The notes under the pieces are model-generated. The model did no database searches. It saw nothing but the letters and a program-made list of their open reading frames with translations, and was not told where the DNA came from. DNA of 64,000 nucleotides from Octopus bimaculoides (Eukaryota): positions 18,743,786-18,807,785 of the forward strand of contig NC_068989.1 in assembly GCF_001194135.2 (NCBI RefSeq), given 5' to 3'. Position numbers and translations under genes: made by a program. This document shows positions 39,394-52,600 of the stretch, one piece after another. Position 1 is the stretch's first letter, and each line of letters starts with the position of its first letter.

Positions 39394-42300
39394 ATACAAA
39401 TAATATATGAGTATATGCGTATATACGTACATGCATGTACATACCTACATCTACATGTATATATAGATGCATATCTGGGTACAGGACGTAGCAAAAAAAC
39501 ATGGACAAAATGATAAACGGAGCACAGAAAACACACAGGCCACATAGAGAACATTTCCTTCATCAGCTTCCACCATTCTAAAACTAAACGTTTCGAAGAG
39601 TTAGGGCAGGACACATTGTTAGAATGGCTCTTCCCACAGACCACAAATTAAATTTAAATTAAATTTGTAACGTGGAGGTATGTAGTAGTGGACAGAAAAC
39701 GAAACAGTGAAAATAAACAAGAAAGGCTACATATATATATAGGTTGTCATTGATTTACAACCACAATTGGTTCCAACTGACTGGTCGTAAGTTGGCCTAT
39801 AGGCCTACTTGGCTTTGTTTTATGTTTTTACATTCTTAAGGTACATTCTCAGGTAAAAGCCATATGCACCATTCTATATTATACTATTATACTGGCATTA
39901 GTCAAAAATTTCAGAGTCTCAACCAGTCATCTTATAAACAAATACGAGGTTGCCTCGATGTCTCTGTGACAGGATAGCCATCCAACACAGTGGCAATCGA
40001 TAACCAAACCTAGGGGAAACGTTTGTTAGCTGACATCATCCATAGATGGGTTAATTTCTAAGAAATTAAACCCATTTGATTTCAACTGGACTATTTATTA
40101 TTGTTGCCTGGAGCTGGCGCGCCAATTGTTGTGGAGTCAAATAGATCATAAGTCGATGACTATCTGTATATATGTGTGTGTATGCGTGTATTATGTTGAA
40201 AGACCAACAATGGTACTTGTGTGTTGGGAGTGTGTGTATGTGTGGGATGCGTATGCAGTTATTCTCCAACATAATTGCCATTTCTTCTCTAGCTTCCATA
40301 TCCTCAAAGTAATAGACTTAGACCGAATAAGTGGTTATTTCTCTGCCTCATAACATTTCCTCACCATATCCTCTTTTTGTTTTAAGGAGCGCTCTTGTCC
40401 ACTTCTCTCTCTCTCTCTCTCTCTCTCGCATTTACAATTTTTTTTATATATAGTTGGTAGCTGAAAGAATTTATAGAATGTCAGAAAAAATACTTTCTTA
40501 TTTCTTTATTTCTTTACTGCCCACAAGGGGCTACACACAGAGGGGACAAACAAGAACAGACAAATGAATTAAGTCGATTATATCGACCCCAGTGCGTAAC
40601 TGGTACTTATTTAATCGATCCCAAAAGGATGAAAGGCAAAGTTGACCTCGGCGGAATTTGAACTCAGAACGTAACGGCAGACGAAATACCGCTAAGCATT
40701 TCACCCGGNNNNNNNNNNTGAAAGGCAAAGTCGACCTCGGCGGAATTTGAACTCAGAATATAGTGGCAGACGAAATACCGCTAAGCATTTCGCCCGGCAT
40801 GCTAAAGTTTCTTATTTCTTTATTGCCCACAAGGGGCTAAACATAGAGGGGACAAACAAGAACAGACAAATGGATTAAGTCGATTATATCGACCCCAGTG
40901 CGTAACTGGTACTTATTTAATCGATCCCAAAAGGATGAAAGGCAAAGTTGACCTCGGCGGAATTTGAACTCAGAACGTAACGGCAGACGAAATACCGCTA
41001 AGCATTTCACCCGGTGTGCTAACGTTTCTGCCAGCCTGCTGCCTTTCTGGTATTTGGTTATGTCACTTTACTTTTCTGAATTCAAATCCTACCTATGTCT
41101 ATTTCACTTTCTGAAATATGTTGATATAATTGACTAAACCCTGGAATATGATACTCTGGCATGACCAGTGTCCAATGACTGGAACAAGTAAAAACATACC
41201 CCAGCTTTGGTTACTGGTTATCTCCAGCCTATAGATTTTACTTGGCTGCACCTCTATCCCAGTTACCATCTTTCTGCATCCCATCAGCACATGAATTTCA
41301 AAATAACTGAAAACCCTTTTTAGTGATTGCTCTGCCGGCAAGAAATAACAGCCAAACCTCCCACAAATCACACTTTACCATCTTAGAAAAGGACAAATTG
41401 TATAATGTAGTCCTTACAAAAAAAAGTAGAATGATTCATGCCTCTGATATTAAGTTTGATCAATTTGAGCTGACCTGGGGCTCGACTGCGACTGTTCCAG
41501 TTATTATTAGTCACCCTCAAAATTATCCGTGAATACCCGTCAGAGTGTAAGTATCTTGAGAGAAAAGCTGAACATTNNNNNNNNNNATTTTTTTTTTTTT
41601 GTGATGAAATGAAAGCATTTTGTCAAGTTTGTTTATGAGTTAAATGTAACTAACAAGTAAAAGAATAACAACAATACGCAATTCAAGAAATTCTTCATTT
41701 CAGGGTTATTTTATTCATAGATTTTCAGAAAATGCCATGTTCAAAATTATTCATACCTTAGGTTTACTGAATCCAACATCTTTCTTTAATAGTCAATAGC
41801 ATTGCCTTTGTTTTTTATGAGTGCTTCTAGATGCTTCTTGTATGTGTGCACATGCTTCCTGCATATCTTCTGTGGGATGTTCACTCACTCTTCCTTGGCA
41901 AAAGCCTCAAGCTGGGTCAGGCTGGTCGGTTTCCTAACCATCACTCTGGTCTTCAAGTTTCGCCACAATTTCTCGATCGGATTGAGGTCTGGACTCTGAC
42001 TTAGTCGTTCTAGAACGTTGACATCATTGTCCTTGAACCATTTCTTCAGTACTTTGGTGCTATGTTTCGGATTATTATCCTGTTGGTACTTCCAGTTGTG
42101 GCCAAGTTGGAGTTTCTCAGCAGATTCCTTCACATTTTCATCAAGGATCCTGATGTAATCCTCCTTTCTCATGATTCCTTGGACCTTGAAAAGGTTCCCT
42201 GTACCACTGGAAGAGAAGCATTCCCATAGCATTGTTTCCACCACCATACTTGATGGTGAGCACAGTGTTCTTTGGCTTGTATGCTTCCTCTAGACGTATT

Positions 42301-45300
42301 CACCATCCATATGACCAAATAACTCCAACTTCATCTCATCAGACCACAGGCTGGTTGGCCAAAAGCTGGGATCTTGCTTCAGATGACCTCTAGCAAAGGC
42401 CAGGTGAGCCTCCAGATGTTTCTTCCTGAGCAGTGATATCTCCGAGGCCTATGTCCATAGAGACCTCCTATGTGCAAGACTCGCTAAATGGTGGAGTGAG
42501 GCCTTCATCCCTGCCTGGTCAAGCATTTCAATTAAGGCCTTGCTTGTGGTCCAGGGGTTGTTGTTGACCTCTCGGCAGATTTTCCTGGCAAGTCTGGGAG
42601 TCACCTTATGCTTCCTGCCACACCCTCTGAGGTTTTTAACAGTGTTGAACCTCTTGTGCTTGTTGATTATGTTCTGGATGGTTACCACAGAGACACCATA
42701 TTGCTTTGAAATGGCCTTGTAATCCTTTCGCTCAGTGTGGGTACACACAAGACATTGATGTAGGTCCTCACTGAGCTCGTTTTTCTTGGCCATGTTGATC
42801 AGAAACTGAGAATGACCAGAACATTTTTCCTCTATTTGTACTCTTCTAAAAATAACTCTAGGACAAAAGTTAAACTGATTAACTACTAAGTTGTCAATTC
42901 AAACATAACTGCTACTATCATTGTTATGTAGTGTGTGTGTATAAAACAGTCACCAAGACATGAAAGGAGTTGATCCCACTGGAAAACAAAAGCCAACACC
43001 TGAACTAAGGACACCACTGAAAGATGGATGTAAGCTCACACGGAGAGGAGAAAAACAGTTACCTTTTAGCCCAAGGTCAGACTTATCGAGTAGACATTTG
43101 ATCAGAAGGTGCTCCAGCCATGACCACCTCACCTTTTTGTATGTCGGAAACTAAATTATTGAGTGTGTCCCTTTCCCTGCTGAAAGTTATAGAATATGAT
43201 TTGAGAGAGATTTGACTACTCTTCCTAACAGGTCTTGCAATCATGATGGTGATTCCTCATTGACTGTTGGAGGTGGATATGGAAATGATAGTTCCATAAG
43301 GTAGTTGATGAGATCAGGAGGTCACCTGTATGGAGTGCTATATGTTGGTTTTATTTTAAAAGGAAATCGCACTTTACAGAATGAGAATATATGTGATAGA
43401 CAGAGATTTAACTGTGTCACCATAACTCCACAGTGTATAAATGACTAGATTCTAAAAATTAGACAAGTGGCTTCATAAACACATTTATGTCACTGTGGGC
43501 CACCATACAACTGACTTCTGAGATGCCAGATTCTAATGATTGATTGTCTAGTTGTTCTTGGAGCTCTGATGGACAGGGGTGGAGATGGGCTTGTACAAAT
43601 GTGAAATTATCTTGTATTATTATTAGTAATGTTGTGTCACTGAAGACCTGATCTTTGGACCCATCTGAACTACATTCCTGGCAATAATGTGTATTAATTC
43701 TCCTCCAAGTCTTACTTGAACTTGAGTTAGACCTGACGGGGGGAGGGGGAGGGGGTAGACATCATGGAAGCATGAGATGTGGAGGAAGGTATACTGGACT
43801 GTTGATAAGGTTGTTGTTGTTGTTGTTGAACCGTAGGTCAACTTTGATTGAGATCCAGGGGGGATCCAGGATTTTTTTTTGGGGTGTTGGCCCAAAAGTT
43901 TTTTTTAAAATACTATATCAGGTGGGAATCGCAATTCATAACAAATGGACCCCTTTTTACGTATTCTAACTTTGCTGTAGCAGACCATATGCATATGTAA
44001 CAGTAATAAAATAACAATGTTATTATACTTGCAACAATGCAGTGAGTATTGATTTACCTATGGAAAGTAGTGGCAAACTACACTTATTTCTTTACTGCCC
44101 ACAAGGGGCTACACACAGAGGGGACAAACAAGGACAGACAAACGGATTAAGTCGATTATATCGACCCCAGTGTGTAACTGGTACTTATTTAATTGACCCT
44201 GAAAAGATGAAAGGTAAAGTCAACCTTGGCAGAATTTGAACTCAGAACGTAGCAGCAGATGAAATATGGCTAAGCATTTTGCCCGGTGTGCTAACATTTC
44301 TGCCAGCTCGCCGCCTGGCAAACTACACTTGTGTACCATAACTTATTAACAGGCTCACTTTATAATCCAAGTTAATGAAAACAACAAATCCATCATTAAT
44401 GTTCAAGTGTGTATTTTCAAAATTTAAGCCTTAATCCTGATTTTTCTGGTGTCAGCTCTGTTAGAAAGAGTGTTGCCTGGGCAGCTAGGGCAACACCCCT
44501 GCATCCGCCACTGAGATCTACATTATAGTGTTATCTGAGGGAGATTTGGCTGCTATTTCTAACTGTTTGAGCAACCACATAGAGTCCTGATTTTTCTGGT
44601 GTCAGCTCGGTTAGAGTGTTGCCTGCGCAACTAGGGCAACACCCCTGCATCCACCACTGAGATCTACATTATAGTGTTATCTGAGGGAGATTTGGCTGCT
44701 ATTTCTAACTGGTTGAGCAACCACATAGAGGCTTCTTCATTGGCTTGACTGTTGTTATAAAAAAGGTTCTGATGTTGAGATGTTATGGAAAAGGTTCTGA
44801 TGTTATTATACTGATGCTGATGTTTCCCTTGTAGCTTATTGCACTACTCTGGCACTGGGTAAATGTGATATTGAAAGGGCCAAAGATATCTTGAAAAAAC
44901 TGAAAGAAATGACAAAGGTGCCTCCAAAATTCGATGATTCTGATATGGAACTGTTGCTGTAAGTATCTTGACTCCTTTATGTCTTCCTAGAATATGTATA
45001 TATGTATATGTTTTTAAATGAAATTCTTTTATTCTTTGTAAGCCTAGTACTCATTCTATTGGTCTCTTTTGCCACACCGCTAAGTTACGGGGACGAGAAC
45101 ACACCAAGATCGGTTGTCAAGCAATGGTGGGGGACAAACACAGACACACAAATGCACACACACACACATATATATATATATACATATATATATNNNNNNN
45201 NNNNNNNNNNNNNNNNNNNNNNNNNNNNNNNNNNNNNNNNNNNNNNNNNNNNNNNNNNNNNNNNNNNNNNNNNNNNNNNNNNNNNNNNNNNNNGTAAGCA

Positions 45301-45376
45301 AGCTACTTACCACACAGCCTTTAATTTTAATTTTCTTTTTTTTACTTTCTTATTAATACTGATGGTTGTGGTCAGC

Positions 45377-45424
<48 letters not shown>

Positions 45425-48400
45425 CACTCACCCACTCACTCACACACACACACACACACAACTGCATGGGGAATTCAAACTGAGAACAGGGAAAGCATTA
45501 CCAGTCTTTCTGCCTTTGCTACAGCTACTTCAAACATACATGCTCAAGATATGAATTATTTAGTAGAAAAACAATCAGACTGGTAGAGTTGGGAGACAAA
45601 GGAAAGTACTTCAATATCTCAATCCCTTATCAAACATATGGAAGAAAAGATAATTTATCTCCCTACATCTCAAAAAACAAAAATCACATATGGAAGAGAA
45701 ATTGTTGACAGTACAAGCCAATGTGTCTAATAAAATATTCTTGGATATATGAGCACCACTCAAAAATGGTACATTTGAGCATTTGTAGAAGGTCACAAAT
45801 TGTTCAAAGCTAAAATATTTTCTGATTCTGAGATGACCTAGCTTTAGGAATGCAATTTTCTAAACTCTTTTATGTATTTCATGGATTCTAACAATGCTTT
45901 ATGTATATATATATCTGTCTGTGTATGTATCAAACTGCACTCTTGGTTCAAATATTCTTTAAGTTCCTTAAGAAGCATTTCCACTTCTTAAATCATAATT
46001 ATTACCTGAACATTAATAAAAAATATTATCAAAGTTTTGTACTCTACTACCACAAACATCTATATATATATAAAAATGAGAATGTGTGTCTGTCTGTCTG
46101 TCTGTGTGAATCCCTAAAACTCGAGAACTACGCAACCAATTTCATTCAAATTTTACAGATGCCTTACTTAGGGTTCCAGTTGTGTTTTAGTCAAAAAAAA
46201 ATTTTAACTTCTTCCAGAGTTCGAGCCCACAGCAACATAATATCTCCTCCACTATTTAAGTATTACGTGTCAAAAGTGAAACGAAAACACTCATGTCAAA
46301 TACTTTCACTTTAAAAATGAAACTATTCTACTAACTGAAACAATCACATTTCGATACTGTAATGACAGATNNNNNNNNNNNNNNNNNNNNNNNNNNNNNN
46401 NNNNNNNNNNNNNNNNNNNNNNNNNNNNNNNNNNNNNNNNNNNNNNNNNNNNNNNNNNNNNNNNNNNNNNNNNNNNNNNNNNNNNNNNNNNNNNNNNNNN
46501 NNNNNNNNNNNNNNNNNNNNNNNNNNNNNNNNNNNNNNNNNNNNNNNNNNNNNNNNNNNNNNNNNNNNNNNNNNNNNNNNNNNNNNNNNNNNNNNNNNNN
46601 NNNNNNNNNNNNNNNNNNNNNNNNNNNNNNNNNNNNNNNNNNNNNNNNNNNNNNNNNNNNNNNNNNNNNNNNNNNNNNNNNNNNNNNNNNNNNNNNNNNN
46701 NNNNNNNNNNNNNNNNNNNNNNNNNNNNNNNNNNNNNNNNNNNNNNNNNNNNNNNNNNNNNNNNNNNNNNNNNNNNNNNNNNNNNNNNNNNNNNNNNNNN
46801 NNNNNNNNNNNNNNNNNNNNNNNNNNNNNNNNNNNNNNNNNNNNNNNNNNNNNNNNNNNNNNNNNNNNNNNNNNNNNNNNNNNNNNNNNNNNNNNNNNNN
46901 NNNNNNNNNNNNNNNNNNNNNNNNNNNNNNNNNNNNNNNNNNNNNNNNNNNNNNNNNNNNNNNNNNNNNNNNNNNNNNNNNNNNNNNNNNNNNNNNNNNN
47001 NNNNNNNNNNNNNNNNNNNNNNNNNNNNNNNNNNNNNNNNNNNNNNNNNNNNNNNNNNNNNNNNNNNNNNNNNNNNNNNNNNNNNNNNNNNNNNNNNNNN
47101 NNNNNNNNNNNNNNNNNNNNNNNNNNNNNNNNNNNNNNNNNNNNNNNNNNNNNNNNNNNNNNNNNNNNNNNNNNNNNNNNNNNNNNNNNNNNNNNNNNNN
47201 NNNNNNNNNNNNNNNNNNNNNNNNNNNNNNNNNNNNNNNNNNNNNNNNNNNNNNNNNNNNNNNNNNNNNNNNNNNNNNNNNNNNNNNNNNNNNNNNNNNN
47301 NNNNNNNNNNNNNNNNNNNNNNCTCCACTGATTCACTTGCAAAGTGTTGAGTAAAATTATTTCGTTGCAGACCTCCTTTGGGTCTTTTTATTATCACTAC
47401 GACACACATAGTCCCCAGTTGGTAACATTGATTTCAAGGCCCTCCTAGATGAGAGACTGGCATTCCACTTAATGTCTATGTTCCATGCTGGCATGGATTG
47501 GAGAGTTATTAATGTAGAAATATGGTATCGTAGCAACTAACAGTTGAGGGTTGCGTAGTCTAGACGGCGTTTTTAGATTTCATTATTCTCTTTAACCCGG
47601 GCAAAGCTGGGTATTTCTGCTAGTTAACTATAATTTAATATAACACCTTTAAAGTTAGTAAGCATAATAAAACCCATCATTGCATGCAGCTGCTCTGATA
47701 TCAACAATCATCCTTTAGAATCTATATGGTTATGGATATTGCATACTAATGTTTAGTTATTACCACTAACAACAACTCTAAAGCTTATGTTAGTATCACT
47801 TGATATTCCTTTTAAATTGAGGTTTTATTGACATTCATTCTTTAAAAACCTGGATGGAAGCAAACAAGCTTCTTTAACTTCATTCATTTGGTTGTTAAAG
47901 GAAAATTCAGTACTATCATCATCGTCATTTAATGTCCGCTTTCCATGCTAGCATGGGTTGGACGATTTGACTGAGGACTGGTGAAACCAGATGGCTACAC
48001 CGGGCTCCAATCTGATTTGGCAGAGTTTCTACAGCTAGATGTCCTTCCTAACGCCAACCACTCAGAGAGTGTAGTGGGTGCTTTTACATGCCACCGGCAT
48101 GAAGGCCAGTCAGGAGGTACTGGCAACGGCCACACTCGAAATGGTGTATTTATGTACCACCTGCACAAGAGCCAGTCCAGGGGCACTGGCAACAATCTCG
48201 CTCAAAAGTTCTTTCATATGCTGCGGGCACAAGTGCCAGAAAGGCAACGCTGGGCACAGGTGCCATCACAATTTCGCTTTCGCTTGCCCCAATAAGTCTT
48301 CGCACGCTGAGTTTCATGTCCAATGAAGGAGACGACGTTGGCATGGGTGCTAGTCATCGAATTTAACTTGATTTCGATTTCACTTGCCTCAACAGGTCTT

Positions 48401-49588
48401 CGCAAGTGGAGTTTAGTGTCCAATGAAGGAAGGTACGCATAAGTGGACTGGCTGAGGCCAGAGCAAGTTAAACACCTCTAACAAAAATTTTTACAGACAA
48501 TGAATAAATCAATAAATTCATTGTGTATAAATATACTTAATTAAATCAGATTAAGATAGAATCATTTTGATAAAAGCTCAAGTTATATTAGAGCTGATAA
48601 GATCCCAGTAAGAATGGAAATTAGATTTTAATCCTCCCATCACTCTTTTCCTGTCTTCCTTTCTACCTTTTTAACTTAAACTTTTTAGTCTCAGCATTTT
48701 TTTATATCAAGACCAGAGTTGGTGATCTTGCACTTTATCTGTTCATTCATCTTATCTCTGTATACTATTAAATATCTCTTTGAGAAACCTTCATGTTGTT
48801 CCTTTTTAAGTGTTTACTATGCATTCCAAAGGTAATTGAAAATTCTTTCATGTCATACCAATCTTTCTTTCAGAATGCCAAAATTTCTCAACTAAATTGA
48901 AAGAAATTAAAGTCTGTCGTGCAAAATTAGTCCCTACCAAATTATTTACCAGTGGCATAGAAGAATTTTGTAGGTAAGTAATAGGATTTTTCAGTCTCAT
49001 CTGACCAACTCAGTTTGTTGCTAACCAACAACCAAACAATTGGTTTTCTCTAAGTGCATTTAAGTGCTGCTCTAGTATATTTCTTCATTTATATATAATT
49101 CACATTCAAATTGATAATATTAATTTCCTACAATTGTTTGCATTGCTCTCTGACAAAAGTCAAGACACATATAATAGACTTTTTGCCAAAATAAATGAAT
49201 TACTGCAGAATGAGGGACCTGATAGTATAATTATGGATTTTGAAAAAGCACCCATAATGGATTTCTGGAATTTGGCATGCTGCCTGTTTCATTTAGGACA
49301 AAATGTGTACAAGCATGTTGTGCAAGAAGGACTAAAATGCAGATATCACGAAGATGACAGTTTTAGTCTCAAAATGCGGTGCCTTTTTGTCATTGCTTTA
49401 CTGCCGGTTGATGATGTTGTAGATGGATATGAACTAATTGTAGATGATGATGATATTCCAAAGTCAATTGTATCCTATTTTGAAAATAATTATATAGGAC
49501 TACCTAGAGCAGCGAACCACCAGGGGTCTGCAGACCCCCAGTTGATTCGCAAAGGTAGCACTGGGTGTCCGTGAGCTAAATTTAAAAC

Positions 49589-49664
<76 letters not shown>

Positions 49665-52600
49665 AGGACAAGCATATTAAAAGGGGTCCGTGAGAAAACT
49701 TATTTAAATAAAAAGTTTGGGAGGCCGCTGTTGGGAACCACTGACCTAGAGAAAGAGGACAGAGGAGGCGACACCTTGAACTTCCATTTCCATTATCTAT
49801 ATGGAATGTTTGGGATTGATGTATGACGTTGATTGCTCATACTACAAATAGTTTAGAAACCTACCACAGCGCGCTGAAAATGACAGTGAATATTAGTCAT
49901 CCAAATATTTGGAAACTTATTGATGTGATTAAATGTGAGGAAAGGTTTGCCAGTACCAAATTACAGAAGTTTATGCAAGGAGTAGAACCAAGCCAAAAAA
50001 AAGTACATGGAAAAATGTGATCCAAGCCAAAAAATTTTTCTAAAAGCAATTACACACAATCTTAAATTTTAAGATAAAATGAATATGTAATACAGCAAAC
50101 CTTAAAATAAATTTTTTTTTTTTATTCAGATATTCATTCTTCCATTTTTCTATGTTGACGAATTGACTGGGGACAAATTAAACTATGACAAATTTCCGTC
50201 AACGAATTGACTGGACACCATCTCTTTCTCTTTCTCCCTCACCGTCAATGAATTGACTGGACACCATCTCTTTCTCTTTCTCCCTCACCGTCAATGAATT
50301 GACTGGACACCATCTCTTTCTCTCTTTCTCCCTCACCGTCAACGAATTGACTGGACACCATCTCTTTCTCTTTTTCTCCCTCACCGTCAACGAATTGACT
50401 GGACACCATCTCTTTCTCTCTTTCTCCCTCATCTATATGACTGAAACACATTTTCTACTTCCGAGAGATAAGCTTTATTCTGCCCATGTCACCATTATTC
50501 CTAGTCAGCTTTCAACTTTCTGTTGTTTCTATAAATAACTGAATTTTTTCAATTTAAACTTTTTACTTTTTATGGTTTTGGTCAGAAGGAAGGGACTGTG
50601 CCCATCACCATCTTAGGACCCTTCAATAGAAAGGTCAGGTTGATGTGGCTGATGTTTAACTTGAACTTCTTCAAATCAGCGTCTGTAGAAGGAAATTATT
50701 AAAGGTTGACATACTTGGGAGGAAAGATTGGGGAAAGTGATTAGTGTAGGGTCTAAAACAGTGGTTCTCAACTGGGGTCCATATAGCCCCTGAGGGCCCA
50801 TATAAGATTTTAGGGGGTCCACACAACAAAATAGTAAATTGGGGATCCACAATTGTATTTTATAGGCTCCTAAAAAAATGTTGCTAAGATGTATGTATTA
50901 GTATGTATTGCAAGAAACAGCTAGGTTTCTTTCTCTAACATTCTACATAGTTCAACCTACACAAGTAAGTGTGTAACAAACAAAATAGGAATTTTGAAAG
51001 AAGTTTCTATATAACTAGTTTTTAAACATTGAATGGCTATGGGAGTCCACCAGAATGAAATAGTAATCAGAGGGGTCCATGGATAAAAAACGGTTGAGAA
51101 CCCTTGGCCTAAAAGAAAAGGAACTCAGTTTATCTGATTGGCGAGCTTGACATGAGGTGACCATAACTGAGTAAACTCTGAGGTGTTGAGACCATTGTAG
51201 AAGAGGAAAAATGAAGAAACTGATCTTCTGTAGGTTAGAACTTGGAGTATTAATGACTGACTCCATGCCAATTAATCAAATAACCTTTCTTTGGATGTTG
51301 TTGACTGGAACATTTATATGTATAGCAAGTAACAGCACCATCTCAGATATGGAAGCAGTATTCTACTATGGGTCTTATTTAAGTTTTGTTGAGAATCAAG
51401 CTATTGATTAGAACTGAAATATATTTTCTGGACTTCAAGAGGGAAGTGTGTGTGTGTGTAAAGTTTTAATATTTTTAAATCTCTTCAGTTTGATAACTTT
51501 ACTGCTAGGTTGGTAGTAGAAGTTTACTTAGCTGTTTTGGTTCTGTTGTTAATTGAATAAAGAAATTTGGAAAGGCAGACATTGAAAACCCAAATAAACT
51601 TGATCAGTTCTCCATCTGAAACTGAATCTTTAACCACAACATAAACCCTTCACAAGTCTCTTCATAGAACCAAGTCTCTTCACATAACCAAGTCTCTTCA
51701 CACAACCAAGTCTCTTCACATAACCAAGTCTCTTCACATAACCACAACATAAGCCCTTGAGTAAGTGACTTACTCACATTTGTACTACAGTAGTATATAG
51801 GATGCCACCTACAGCACTCACCTCTACTAGTGGAAGTTTTTGGGACTTGTTCTCTCCCTTTCCACAACACTATCAAGATGACCACCAGGAAACTAAAGGA
51901 TACTTTTGTACACCTTACAACATGCTAACAATCCCATATAAGCACTTCTGGTCCATTACTGGATCTTCCTACCCACCTCTCCTCAATCAAGACAGCTTAT
52001 TTAGCAGCAATCCCTGCTGATTAAAAAAAAAACTACATTTGCCTTATGATTCATTTCTAACTGTACATTTCATGCATGTCACAAACTTTCTCCCAACTGT
52101 TCCTTCTACACACCTCCAGTCTCAAAACCATTGGCACACAATCACAAAAGAAACTTTTAATTGCTCCTACCCAACAATGTAACCAGTTCCTTCTAAATTT
52201 TATGTTTGTAATAAATGTTGTTATTTAATTCCAGCGAGTATGATCATTGTACACACATTTACAATTCATGTCCCGAATTGGAAAATCTTCCTCTAGGAAA
52301 CTTTTTGAGTGTTGCAGCAACTGAAATATGTAAACTAGGTTAGTTTATATTTCTTGTGTTACTTATTTTATATATTAATTAATCAGAAAGCAAAATTGTG
52401 ATGGCACCTGTGCCCAGCGTCACCTTCCTGGCACTTGTGCCGGTGGCACGTATAAAAACATTCAAGTGAGATCGTTGCCAGTGCCGCTGGACTGGCTCCT
52501 GTGCAGGTGGCACGTAAAATACACCATTCTGAGCATGGCCGTTGCCAGTACTGCCTGACTGGCCTTCGTGCCGGTTGCACGTAAAAGCACCCACTACACT

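Noticed and set aside
45525-45562. Candidate for the missing phase 2-1 exon (YFKHTCSRYELF)
   Set aside because: The acceptor is good, but the only phase-1 donor (A|gtagaa) is weak and the exon would be much shorter than its counterparts. Not fully excluded.
50196-50431. CRISPR-like appearance of the 46-48-bp array
   Set aside because: No unique spacers, eukaryotic context, no cas genes.
51234-51328. Hydrophobic phase 2-1 exon candidate (LELGVLMTDS...)
   Set aside because: Weaker splice signals and no Cys pattern; 52235-52338 fits the module far better.
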